64,000 nt of DNA, taken from positions 32,001 through 96,000 of the forward strand of contig JAPDJY010000039.1 in NCBI GenBank assembly GCA_029258835.1, given 5' to 3'. Under the pieces are notes generated by a model. The model was not told the DNA's origin. It saw only the letters and a list, made by a program, of their open reading frames with translations, and made no database searches. The stretch comes from Thermoproteota archaeon. Lineage in GTDB: Archaea > Asgardarchaeota > Jordiarchaeia > Jordiarchaeales > Freyrarchaeaceae. Below, piece by piece: positions 51,959 to 61,991 of this stretch. Position numbers and translations under genes: made by a program. Positions within the stretch are counted from its first letter, which is position 1. Each line of letters opens with the position of its first letter.

Positions 51959-52091
51959 AGAGCTCCAACCAACAGGTCTCTTATCTTCAACGTCACTAAA
52001 GAAGAAAAAATATTTTTTCCTTAAAAGGTTAAAAGACAGCCAGCAGAAAGTTAAAAGGTCCGTTAAAAGTTAAGCGAATGGTGCTAGAGAG

Positions 52092-53351
52092 ATGGTTGAA
52101 ATGACCGGCACTATTAGGAAAGTTAATGCACAGAAAATTCTTGATTCTAGAGGGAACGCTACAATTGAAGTGCGAGTATACACAGAAGACGTTGTAGCAA
52201 GTGCCTGCGCTCCATCTGGAGCAAGCGTCGGGCGCTTTGAAGTACGCGCTTTCCCGGAAGGGGGCGTAGATGCCTCGATTGAAATGGTGAATAAGATTTC
52301 AAGTAAACTGAAGGGTTTGAACGTGGAAGAGCAGAACGTTGTTGACTCGGTTATACACGAATTTGATAGTACGAAACAATTCGAAAAGTTAGGGGGAAAC
52401 GCGGCTATAGCGACCTCTATAGCGGTGGCAAAAGCTGCAGCACTAGAAAAAAACGTCCGGCTCTGCGAACATATAGCCGATGGACGGCTAAGGTTGCCTT
52501 TTCCTCTCAGTAACATCATAGGAGGAGGGGTTCATACGAAGGGAGATTCTATAGACTTTCAAGAGTTCTTAGTAGTGCCTCTTGGCGCTAAGAAGTTTAG
52601 AGACGCGGCTGTAGCAAACGTGATGGTGCATAAAGAAGTTGCCCGAATCTTGACTTCTCAGAGGCCCCACTACGTGTTTGGAAGAAATGATGAGGGAGCA
52701 TGGGCGGCCCCATTAACAATTAAAGAAGCTCTCGAAGTATTAAGCAATGCAGCCCAAAAAGTAGAGGGAGAATTGGGAATAGAGGTGAAAATAGGCGTTG
52801 ATGCAGCAGCTTCGGAACTTTGGATCGAAGATGAAAAGGTATATGTTTATAGGAAGGAAAAATGTAAGAAGTCGACCAGCCAGCAGTTAGACTACGTTTT
52901 GTCACTTATCGAAGAATACGACATATTTTATTTTGAAGACCCATTTGGCGAAGAAGACTTTGAAGCATTTGCAAAATTGAATAAAAACGTAAGTGGAAGA
53001 TGCCTTGTTACAGGAGACGACTTAACGGTGACTAATAAAGAGAGATTAAAAACAGCCTTAGAAAGAGGCTCAGTTAGTAGCATTATAGTCAAACCGAACC
53101 AGGTTGGGACGCTCACTGACGTTAAGGAAACGGTAACTCTGGCACTGTCAAATAACGTAGTTCCGGTCGCTTCCCACAGGTCAGGAGAAACATGCGACTC
53201 TGCCTTAGCACATATAGCAGTAGGATTGAAATGCCCAATAATAAAAATCGGGATCATGGGTAGTGAACGAATGGCTAAAATAAACGAACTAATAAGACTG
53301 GAGGACGAGATGGGATTAAGGATGGCTAAGCCACCGTTCTCGGATAGTTAA
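52092..53351 (+). CDS. eno: Enolase; last codons supplied by an inserted element
   Basis: 'ILDSRGNAT', 'PSGAS', 'GDDL', 'KPNQVG', 'SHRSGET'. Confidence 0.95.
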   Translation: MVEMTGTIRKVNAQKILDSRGNATIEVRVYTEDVVASACAPSGASVGRFEVRAFPEGGVDASIEMVNKISSKLKGLNVEEQNVVDSVIHEFDSTKQFEKLGGNAAIATSIAVAKAAALEKNVRLCEHIADGRLRLPFPLSNIIGGGVHTKGDSIDFQEFLVVPLGAKKFRDAAVANVMVHKEVARILTSQRPHYVFGRNDEGAWAAPLTIKEALEVLSNAAQKVEGELGIEVKIGVDAAASELWIEDEKVYVYRKEKCKKSTSQQLDYVLSLIEEYDIFYFEDPFGEEDFEAFAKLNKNVSGRCLVTGDDLTVTNKERLKTALERGSVSSIIVKPNQVGTLTDVKETVTLALSNNVVPVASHRSGETCDSALAHIAVGLKCPIIKIGIMGSERMAKINELIRLEDEMGLRMAKPPFSDS

Positions 53352-54572
53352 CATTTTATTACTATCCGTTCCACCTCTGCACTAAGTGCTTCGTGGGTGG
53401 CTTTCGGGGGGAACGGGAACTCCCCACATCTTGGGTTTCTTTCAAGGAGGTTTAAACATGCAACTACGTCTCTGTCTTTTTCACATCCGCATTTCCTGCA
53501 CTTTAGAAGCCTATGCCCATTCGACGCCAGCTTCCCGCCACATATTGGGCATAGGCTTGAAGTTCCACGGGGATTAACGTATACGACTGGTAAACCTGCA
53601 AGTTTCGCTTTATATTCGATGTAGGATTGAAGCCTTCTATATGGTAGCGTGTGCAGTCTTCTATTCATTCTTTTACCGTAACGTATTTGTTTCCTCATGC
53701 CTTTAAGGTTCTCCATGACGATTCCGAAACCATGTTTCCTAGCTCTGCTAACTATCATCTTGGCAATCTTGTGGCATAAACTCTCTGTTCTATTTCTCTT
53801 CCTCTTAGAGTATTTTTTCATAAGCCTCTTGGAAGCTGTCGGTTTAAGCTTCGACAGCTTCTGTATTTTCCTCCTCTTCTCGAAGTAGCTACTTCTGATT
53901 TCTCTCAGGTCGTGCTCAAACCTTATAATGTGTGGGTTCGTGCTTACGCATGTAACGTTGGATTCGTTTACATCTATCGCTATCCAGCCCTTCGGATTCG
54001 TTAAATCAACATCTTTCCTAAAGGGCACTAAAACTTTTGTTTTGTTGATTAAAACCTCTCCCACTCTAAGTCTTCCAGCCTTCCATTCTTCTATGAAGCG
54101 TTTCTGGTAGCCCCCATACTTCAACTTTACGTAGATAAACCTTCTAGGCTTAACAGATATTCTAAGCCTTTCCCCTTCATACTTGACAAGCAAGGGGTCT
54201 AATTGCATGAAAAAGCTTCCTCGCCACAGGTTTATCGCTTTTTGTAATACCTTTCCTCTTAAGCCTCCTAAAGCTCTTCAACATTGACGTAGCCACCCTG
54301 CACGACGAATGGCAAAAGTGAGTTGAGTAATCCCATTTCTGTTTCCATTCACCATAGACAAGTTTCCTGAGCTCGGCAAAACTTGTGGCATTATTCCGAA
54401 GAACTTTACCGATGCAAAAGTTAACCATATCCCTAAAATCCTCTAACAGCTTTCTAATCTCATCACTCGCCTCATAACCGAAGGGAACTGAAAGCGTTAT
54501 TTCTATCATTCATCAATTAAGTATTAACCAAAATATTATAAAAAGTTAGCTATTCATAAACTGTTACTAACC
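53336..54572 (-). mobile_element. Non-autonomous IS607-like (tnpB-only) insertion sequence
   Basis: Flanked by CC (GG on - strand) at 53334-35 and 54571-72; joining the flanks rebuilds eno '..AAG CCA CCC TTA ACT TAA' followed by the SD and ATG of the next gene; subterminal hairpin CGGATAGT..ACTATCCG; no tnpA. Confidence 0.78.
53348..54509 (-). pseudogene. tnpB: TnpB RNA-guided nuclease with a 1-nt frameshift near 54210
   Basis: RuvC motifs 'IAIDVN', 'VMENL', 'DRDVVACLN', Zn finger CxxC..CxxC; the two ORFs join as 'RKLF|MQLDP' if one T is removed from CTTTTT. Confidence 0.85.
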
Positions 54573-54594
54573 CTTAACTTAAGAGGGAAAAGCA

Positions 54595-55035
54595 ATGGAG
54601 ACGTCCCTCAAAGTAGCAGAGTTTATAATAAAAAGGTATTGCAAAGCAAACAAGATAGTGGAAGTGGGGGTTGGAAAAAAACCCCAAACGGCGCTTAAAC
54701 TCTCAAAGGCACTTAATGCAGAAATAATAGTAACGGATGTAAAACCAGAGGTAATAGCGCCGTTAACAAAGGAAAAGAAGATTAAAGCAATAATAGATGA
54801 TGTGTTCAACCCTAACCTAGAAATTTACAAGGGAGCAAACCTGATATATGCTATTAGGCCTAACCCTGAAGTCCAAGGCCAAGTAGTGAACATAGCTTTA
54901 AGAGTAGGAGCGGATGCTCTTTTAAAGACATTAAACGATGAATGGCATGAAGTAACGCAAACACCCATGAAACACCAAACAGTAAACTACAAAAACGTGA
55001 TCATGCATCATTTTCTAAATCCTAAAATTCATTAG
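54595..55035 (+). CDS. UPF0146 family protein
   Basis: 'KIVEVGVG', 'DDVFNPNLEIYKGANLIYAIRP'. Confidence 0.85.
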   Translation: METSLKVAEFIIKRYCKANKIVEVGVGKKPQTALKLSKALNAEIIVTDVKPEVIAPLTKEKKIKAIIDDVFNPNLEIYKGANLIYAIRPNPEVQGQVVNIALRVGADALLKTLNDEWHEVTQTPMKHQTVNYKNVIMHHFLNPKIH

Positions 55036-55182
55036 GATGCTTTCAAAGGTTAGCCGCAATTGCCTTTCTTTAAAATGTATTGGAGGAATTTCTGATTCCC
55101 AATTTACAAGGTTAAGGATAAACAAAGATAAATTTAAAAACAGGGAAATAATCCTTTGATTAGGGTTTGTAAGGGAGGTGGC

Positions 55183-57607
55183 ATGGCCTTGTCAAGAGAC
55201 GAGAGGTTTGTCTTATGGTTTGAAGAGATCAGAAAAGACGATGTACCGATAGTAGGTGGAAAATGCGCGAATCTAGGTGAGTTAACAGCTGAAGTTAAAG
55301 TCCCAGTTCCACCAGGATTCGCTGTGACCACTCATGCATATAAGCAGTTCATAGAAACCACGAAAATAAAGGATAAGATTTTCAAGAAACTTGAAGGTTT
55401 AGACGTAAAAGATATGAAAATGCTTGAAAACGCATCGGCAGAAATAAGAAAGTTAATTGAATCAACCCCTGTACCCGAAGAAATACAGTCTGCCATCTTA
55501 AGTGCATACGATGAACTCTCTAAACGGGCGGGGAAAAATCCCTTTGTAGCCGTCCGCTCTAGCGCCTCGGCAGAGGACAGGTTTTCCAGCCCCTCAGCTG
55601 CCGGGCGCCAGTTTCGCTGGACAACAGGATACATTCTTAAACGTTACTAGAGACGAGCTGGTAAGTAGTGTTAGAAGATGCTGGAGTAGCCTTTTTACGC
55701 CAAGGGCAATAGCATATAGGGAAGAGAAGGGTTTTTCACATGAAGAAGTATCCATAGGCGTAGCTATCCAAGAGATGGTTGACGCTAAAGCAGCAGGGGT
55801 AATGTTTACTATACATCCAGTTACAGGTGAAAGAAATAAAATTCTTATTGAAGCCAATTGGGGGCTAGGAGAAGCCGTAGTAAGTGGCGCCGTAACGCCA
55901 GATACCTATGTCGTAGATAAAGAAACATTTGAGATCATCGACAAACATATTGTAACTAAAAAAGTCGAGTATGTAAGGGACCCAAAAACCGGGAAGACAG
56001 TTCACGCAGAAGTCCCCCCGGAAAGACAGAATATTCCTGCTTTAACAGACGAGGAAATAAAGGCGCTTGCAAAATATGCACTTCAAATAGAACAACATTA
56101 TAGAACACCACAGGATATAGAGTGGGCAGTTGATAAAGATGGGAGAATATTCATACTTCAAGCAAGACCTGAGACGGTCCATTCTGCAGGGGGAATTCAA
56201 GCGCAAGTATTAGAGGCTGCTGAGGAAAGAGAAGTGCTAGTAAGAGGGCTGCCAGTATCCCCAGGCCTAGGAGCAGGAAAAGTTAAAGTTATCTTAGATG
56301 CTAAGGACATAGACAAAGTTAAGGAAGGAGACATTTTAGTTACAAAAATGACCACTCCTGATTGGGTTCCAGCCATGAAAAAGGCAGCGGCAATAGTGAC
56401 TGATGAAGGGGGCTACACGTGCCATGCAGCAATAGTTTCACGTGAACTAGGTGTACCATGCATTGTTGGTACTGGAAATGCAACAGAAGTTCTTGCGAAT
56501 GTGGAGGAAGTAACCGTTGACGGAGGAAAGGGACTAGTCTACCGTGGAATAATTAAAGAAGCAGCTGAAGAGGTGGTGCCTACAGCTGCGGTAACTTATG
56601 CGATAGTGCCGACAGCAACTAAGATATATGTTAACCTTTCAATTCCAGAGATCGCTGATAAAGTTGCAAGGGAAACAAGAGCAGATGGTGTAGGGCTTCT
56701 AAGAGCAGAACACATGATGGTTACCATAGGAAAGCATCCACGCAAACTCATTGAGGAGGGTGGAGACCAGCTTATGGTGGATTCCTTTGCGGAGGGCATC
56801 AGGAAAGTTGCCGAAGCGTTTTATCCTGGTCCTGTCGTATATAGGTTCCTAGACTTTAAGCCTGACGAATTCCTAGCCCTAGAGGGAGGAGAAAAGTATG
56901 AGTTAGAGGCAGGGCATGTAGGACCAAATCCAATGATAGGCTACAGGGGACAATACAGATACGTTAAGGAGCCAGACATATTCAGGCTAGAGTGTAAAGC
57001 AATAAGAAAGGTTAGAGATGAATTTGGCCTTAAAAATGTTTGGGTAATGTTGCCTTTCGTTAGAGACATAGAGATCTTCCGGAAAGTGAAGGAGATAATG
57101 AAGCAGGAGGGGCTGGATCCCGAGAAAGATCCTGACTTTAAACTCTGGATAATGGTGGAGGTCCCAAGTAGCGTCCTGTTAATTGACAAGTTCTGTGAAG
57201 AAGGGATAAACGGAGTGTCTTTTGGCACAAACGACCTAACAATGCTGATACTTGGCGTAGACCGTAACGATGCTTCGGTACAGGAGATATACGATGAACG
57301 AAACCTAGCAGTCCTCAGGGCAATAGCTTACACAATAAAAATATGCAAAAAGTACGGGGTGACAACGTCTATTTGTGGGCAAGCACCCAGCGTTTACCCG
57401 GACTACTTAGAATTCCTAGTTAGGATGGGAGCAACATCAATAAGCGTAAACCCGGACGCTGTACAACGTACACGTGAAATGGTTGCAAGAATAGAGCAGA
57501 AGATACTGATGGAGAAAGCATTAGGAGTTAAAACAAGAATCAAAGTTGGAAAGAATTTCATAGAAGAAGTCGAGTTCTGGAAAAAAGTAGATGACAATTT
57601 AGAATAA
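55183..57607 (+). CDS. ppsA: Phosphoenolpyruvate synthase; spliced CDS join(55183..55578,55598..57607), 801 aa
   Basis: GGAGGTG SD; 'VGGKCANLGE'; splicing gives 'AVRSSASAED|LPGASFAGQQDTFLNV'; phospho-His 'TCHAAIVSRE'; 'SFGTNDL'. Confidence 0.93.
55579..55597 (+). other. 19-nt bulge-helix-bulge (BHB) intron in ppsA mRNA
   Basis: GAGG-AC^A-GGUU(UUCC)AGCC-CCUC-AG^C: Watson-Crick 4-bp central helix, two 3-nt bulges, about 10-bp exon-exon helix; removal restores frame and the AEDLP motif. Confidence 0.9.
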
Positions 57608-57735
57608 AAGTCAAAAATTTTTGAAAATGAACTTTCCTTTTTACAATTAAATAAGCCTTATTTTCCACAAACTGGTTTCCCTTATTTTTTTATTTTTATC
57701 AGAAATAGGGGTAACAGGCACTTCTTTTTACATGG

Positions 57736-57749
57736 CGAAATGCTTTAAA
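57736..57749 (+). promoter_or_regulatory. Putative BRE-TATA promoter of atpB
   Basis: CGAAAtgcTTTAAA upstream of the gene. Confidence 0.45.
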
Positions 57750-57813
57750 GGAGGTCGTCTTCAAGTTTCAACGTAATGGCTTCTCTGGAAAACGTAGAAA
57801 GGAGTGTGGCATT

Positions 57814-59214
57814 ATTTCATCCCAGAAATATTATCGTACAATATCTGAAATTTCAGGGCCTCTCATGATTGTAGAAGGAGTGCAGGATGTGGCTTATAAC
57901 GAAGTAGTTCTCATTGAAACTCCTACTGGAGAAACGCGGAGAGGGACTGTTCTGGAAGTAGGGTTAGGGAGAGCGGTTGTTCAAGTTTTTGAGGGGACAA
58001 GAGGCTTAGATGTAAGGGAAACAACTGTTAGGTTTACTGGGGAAACAATGAAGCTGCCAGTATCGATTGATATGATGGGCAGGATCTTTAATGGTTCAGG
58101 TGATCCAATAGATGGAGGTCCGCCAATAATACCAGAGGATGAGCTGGACATTCATGGTTACCCACTTAACCCCTATGCAAGGGAGTATCCAAGGGAATTT
58201 ATCCAGACAGGGATAAGTGTCATCGATGGAATGAACTCTCTCGTTCGAGGGCAAAAGCTGCCAATATTCTCCGGGGCTGGACTTCCGCACAACAGGATAG
58301 CAGTTCAAATAGCTAGACAAGCAAAAGTATTAGGGAAGGAGGAGGAGTTTGCTGTAGTATTCGCCGCAATGGGAATAACAGCGGAAGAGGCAAGGTTCTT
58401 CAGGGCAGACTTTGAAAGGACAGGGGCGCTAGAAAGGGTAGTTGTGTTCATGAACCTTGCGGATGACCCTGCAATCGAGAGAATAATAACGCCACGGGTA
58501 GCACTCACCGCTGCAGAATACCTAGCATACGAACAAGGTATGCACATTCTAGTTATACTCACAGACATGACTAACTACGCTGAAGCTCTGAGAGAGATAA
58601 GTGCAGCAAGAGAAGAGGTTCCCGGAAGAAGAGGATATCCAGGGTACTTATACACCGACTTAGCTACAATATATGAAAGAGCAGGAAGAATATCTGGAAA
58701 GAGAGGAACCATAACTCAAATGCCAATTTTAACTATGCCCAACGATGACATTACGCACCCCATTCCCGACCTTACAGGATACATCACTGAGGGACAGTTG
58801 ATAGTGGACAGAGGATTACATAGGAAAGGAATATACCCACCTATAGATCCCAGACCGAGCTTAAGTAGGTTGATGAAAGAAGGCATAGGTAAAGGAAGGA
58901 CAAGAGCAGATCACAGGGAAGTCAGCGATCAATTGTACTATGCCTATAGTGAAGCAGTGGACTTACGCGCACTAGTAGCAGTAGTTGGTGAGGAAGCACT
59001 CTTACCTCGAGATAGGAAATACTTGGAGTTCGGCGATATTTTTGAAAGGCAATTCATAAATCAAGGGGAATACGAAGAGCGTAGCATAGATGAAACATTA
59101 GATCTAGGATGGGAGCTTTTAAGCATGTTTCCAGAAGGTGAATTAAAAAGGATTGATCCAGAGACAATAGCATGGGCGAAAGAGGAAGGAAAATACACAT
59201 ACAAAGAAGAATAG
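57814..59214 (+). CDS. atpB: A/V-type ATP synthase subunit B
   Basis: '[12 protein letters not shown]' upstream of called ATG 57865, '[10 protein letters not shown]', '[11 protein letters not shown]', '[11 protein letters not shown]'; start probably ATT. Confidence 0.94.
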   Translation: MSSQKYYRTISEISGPLMIVEGVQDVAYNEVVLIETPTGETRRGTVLEVGLGRAVVQVFEGTRGLDVRETTVRFTGETMKLPVSIDMMGRIFNGSGDPIDGGPPIIPEDELDIHGYPLNPYAREYPREFIQTGISVIDGMNSLVRGQKLPIFSGAGLPHNRIAVQIARQAKVLGKEEEFAVVFAAMGITAEEARFFRADFERTGALERVVVFMNLADDPAIERIITPRVALTAAEYLAYEQGMHILVILTDMTNYAEALREISAAREEVPGRRGYPGYLYTDLATIYERAGRISGKRGTITQMPILTMPNDDITHPIPDLTGYITEGQLIVDRGLHRKGIYPPIDPRPSLSRLMKEGIGKGRTRADHREVSDQLYYAYSEAVDLRALVAVVGEEALLPRDRKYLEFGDIFERQFINQGEYEERSIDETLDLGWELLSMFPEGELKRIDPETIAWAKEEGKYTYKEE

Positions 59215-59365
59215 ATGAAAGCTAAGTCAAATACCCAACTTCCATTTAGATCATTTTAAATTTATTTTTAAAGCTATTCTTTAATTAAATTTTTAATTTT
59301 TGTAGATTTTATTTTATTTAAAAATAATTAAATTAAAAGTAAAAACAAAAAGGTGGAAGTTGGGG

Positions 59366-61096
59366 TTACTCCGGCGGTATCTCGGCGTATATTGTTTCCA
59401 TGTCAACTCCAATTTTCTTGTTATGGAGGTAGTATGCAACGTATATTAGTGACCCAAGTCCAAGGATGAACACTTGCAAGTATATTGACTGCATCGTGAA
59501 TCCAGAGACACCCACAAGAATTACTAACGTTGTGGCTATAAACGCAATTACTCCGAAGATTGTGATTACAGGGACTCCTGCCCATTCAAGCTTGAGGCCG
59601 CGCTCGTATATTTCAGGTTTAACGTATGGGAAGAGCATCGCTGCCATAGCGCCGAACCATAACATTATTGTATCAAGGAATACTGTGTCGAAAGCAGCCA
59701 TGAAAACGTCTGATGCAGACAGGAAAACACCTAGAACAGCCACACCAGCTACTAGAGTTGTAGCCCATACTGGGCTATGCCATCTTTCGCTGACCTCGGC
59801 AAATTGGATTGGGAATACCCTGTCAAATGCCCAAGCAAAAGTTGTCCTTGCTGATGTTATTAAGAACGGAGGTATGTCATTCATTAGCCATATTGCTCCT
59901 GTTACTGCTACTAGCAGGGCTATAGCGCCACTTGCACTAGGTACTTGAAGAGCTGCGAAGAACGGAATTGATGCTTTAATTAATGGCGGGAAGCTAGGTA
60001 GGAAGCTTGCAGGGATGGAAGATACTATTTGGTCGCGTACTTGGCTTGGAAGGGTTGCCAGCCATGCGTTAAAAGCTGCGTAAATATCTGGGTTAAGTGT
60101 TAACGCCCAAGACGCCCCGCCGAGTGAATTTTGAGCGTAAGTGTATACGTAAAGGAATGGCCCGGACGCATAGTATACTAATCCGCTGATGAGAACGTAG
60201 TAGCCTGCGATTAGGAGAGTGCCTATGAATACGGATATGACCATGCTTTTTCTAACTTCTTTTATTTCGCCTCCAACGAATGTACTTGCTGTGAAGCCAA
60301 TGTAAGCCCATACAATGAAGATCATAGCCATAAACGTGTCACTGAGGGCGTCCATACCGTTTGTTTCAACGTAGCTGATGAGGTAGTTTGTATAGTCACT
60401 TATCATTCCCCATATTTTTGTGCTAGCCCAGTTAGCAGGGTCACCTAACTGCATTGGGTTCGTATAGGCTAAGGCATAGTTTATTGTTGCGTTTAATGGG
60501 TTTCCAGTAGCTAAGACAATTATTGTTGCTATACTTCCTATGACTGCAATTATTAGTAGGGCATTTAGAACCTTGCCGAAGATATCTAGTCCTAATACTG
60601 TGATTATGAAGAATATGATTACCATTATTATGCCAACTATGATTCCTGCTTCCGTGGTCTGCATCCATGTTCCTAGCTGGAACAGGCCGTCCCATGGATA
60701 CCTACCTACTACTTGAAAAGCGAAGCCTATGAATGAAGTGTCCAAGAAGGCAATTATCCCGAAGGATAATGCTACGGACGTCCACCATGCCCAGCTTGAG
60801 AGGAAGCCTAAGAATGGGCTCAAAGTCCTGCTGACGTAAACGTAGCCTCCTCCTGAACGGGGCATGGCTATTCCGAAGAGGGTGAACACTACTGCAGAGG
60901 TTATGGCTGGGATTGCTCCTAGAGCGAAGGCTAATGGCACATTAGCAAATGGATACTTGTACGTTGCCTGTACCGCATAGAAGTTTATACCGCCACCTAT
61001 GACATTACACAGCACGATTGAGAGAGCCGTGAACCAACCAATTTCTCTTACAAGCCCTGTCGCATCTCTTGCGAAGGTTATCCTTTTTTCTCCCAT
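59366..61096 (-). CDS. APC-family amino acid permease
   Basis: 'FARDATGLVRE', 'MPRSGGGYVYVSR', 'RTTFAWAFD', C-terminal 'EIPPE'. Confidence 0.88.
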   Translation of the reverse strand: MGEKRITFARDATGLVREIGWFTALSIVLCNVIGGGINFYAVQATYKYPFANVPLAFALGAIPAITSAVVFTLFGIAMPRSGGGYVYVSRTLSPFLGFLSSWAWWTSVALSFGIIAFLDTSFIGFAFQVVGRYPWDGLFQLGTWMQTTEAGIIVGIIMVIIFFIITVLGLDIFGKVLNALLIIAVIGSIATIIVLATGNPLNATINYALAYTNPMQLGDPANWASTKIWGMISDYTNYLISYVETNGMDALSDTFMAMIFIVWAYIGFTASTFVGGEIKEVRKSMVISVFIGTLLIAGYYVLISGLVYYASGPFLYVYTYAQNSLGGASWALTLNPDIYAAFNAWLATLPSQVRDQIVSSIPASFLPSFPPLIKASIPFFAALQVPSASGAIALLVAVTGAIWLMNDIPPFLITSARTTFAWAFDRVFPIQFAEVSERWHSPVWATTLVAGVAVLGVFLSASDVFMAAFDTVFLDTIMLWFGAMAAMLFPYVKPEIYERGLKLEWAGVPVITIFGVIAFIATTLVILVGVSGFTMQSIYLQVFILGLGSLIYVAYYLHNKKIGVDMETIYAEIPPE

Positions 61097-61334
61097 AGGT
61101 CCCTCCTCTCTCAGATCAGTTTGCCTTTCGATAAGAAGTTTTTTTATATAAAAAGATTTTGCTAAAAAAGAAGCTATAACATTAAATAAACAATTTATTA
61201 AACAAGTTAAATGAAAATATAATTACTAATATTTTGCGACTTAAAAGAATTTTCAATAAAGGAGATTTAAATTTTTGTTTTAGTAACTTTTATGCCACAT
61301 TTATTTAAAATTTTTCATATAGAAGAGTGAAACG

Positions 61335-61733
61335 TTAACGACCTTGTGTTACTTGGAATAGCCAGTGTGCCTTGTTTATTAGCATCCAGTGAAGGGCAAC
61401 TACAGCTACTAGCGCTAAAATTAGGCCTATGGCTAGCAGCTTAACAGCATAGCTGGGGTTAAAAATGTTTTTTGTTGCCTCATATATTAGGGCAAAACCT
61501 GCGAAGCCAACGAAAATTAATGCGGCTGCCGCGAATCCCTCGGTTAAATATTGGTCTTGGAGGCTGGGATTTATGAAGGAGAGGCTGGCTTGGGGGGGAT
61601 TTAATAGCATATGTACGCCGCCTCCTAAGACGAAAAGGAGGAAAATTAAGAGGGCGGCGAAGGTTAAGAGGGCGGGCGGACGGCGAAGTTTTGCAATACT
61701 AAGTTTAAGAGATTTCATGGTTATGAACGGCAT
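61335..61733 (-). CDS. OST3/OST6-OSTC(DC2)-like oligosaccharyltransferase accessory subunit
   Basis: Three TMs with 'LGGGV..L.NPP....F.....QYLTEG' matching the OSTC/OST3 'GG.IY....PP...F......QY..EG' pattern. Confidence 0.65.
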   Translation of the reverse strand: MPFITMKSLKLSIAKLRRPPALLTFAALLIFLLFVLGGGVHMLLNPPQASLSFINPSLQDQYLTEGFAAAALIFVGFAGFALIYEATKNIFNPSYAVKLLAIGLILALVAVVALHWMLINKAHWLFQVTQGR

Positions 61734-61737
61734 TGAA

Positions 61738-61989
61738 TTATTCCTCCCTTTCATCATGAAGGTCTTTACGTTGATTTTCAATTAAGTATTTTGCTACTTC
61801 TTTAGCCCACTCCCCAGTATTAGCATTCTCTAGTATTTTCCTTAGATATTCATCCCATGTGACGTCTAAAGCCGCTTTCCAGTCTTTATAATGTTTTTTT
61901 ATGTTCTCGTATGCAAGTTGGTGATTCTCGCAGAAATTACTTGTGGATACATGCTTTCTAGTGTTGCATATTGGACATTCCTCCTTCAT
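61738..61989 (-). CDS. Small Zn-binding-like hypothetical protein downstream of topA
   Basis: 'CPIC..FCENH..YKDW..A..WDEYL..TGEWAKEVA'. Confidence 0.7.
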   Translation of the reverse strand: MKEECPICNTRKHVSTSNFCENHQLAYENIKKHYKDWKAALDVTWDEYLRKILENANTGEWAKEVAKYLIENQRKDLHDEREE

Positions 61990-61991
61990 TT

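Noticed and set aside
55156-57607. ppsA as a frameshifted pseudogene, or as two genes (55156-55650 and 55775-57607)
   Set aside because: A single 19-nt BHB-bounded excision gives a full-length enzyme with no other lesions.
57791-57827. Possible BHB intron (CTGG/CCAG) linking ATG 57776 to atpB
   Set aside because: Flanking helices do not form, and the 37-nt length does not restore the frame.
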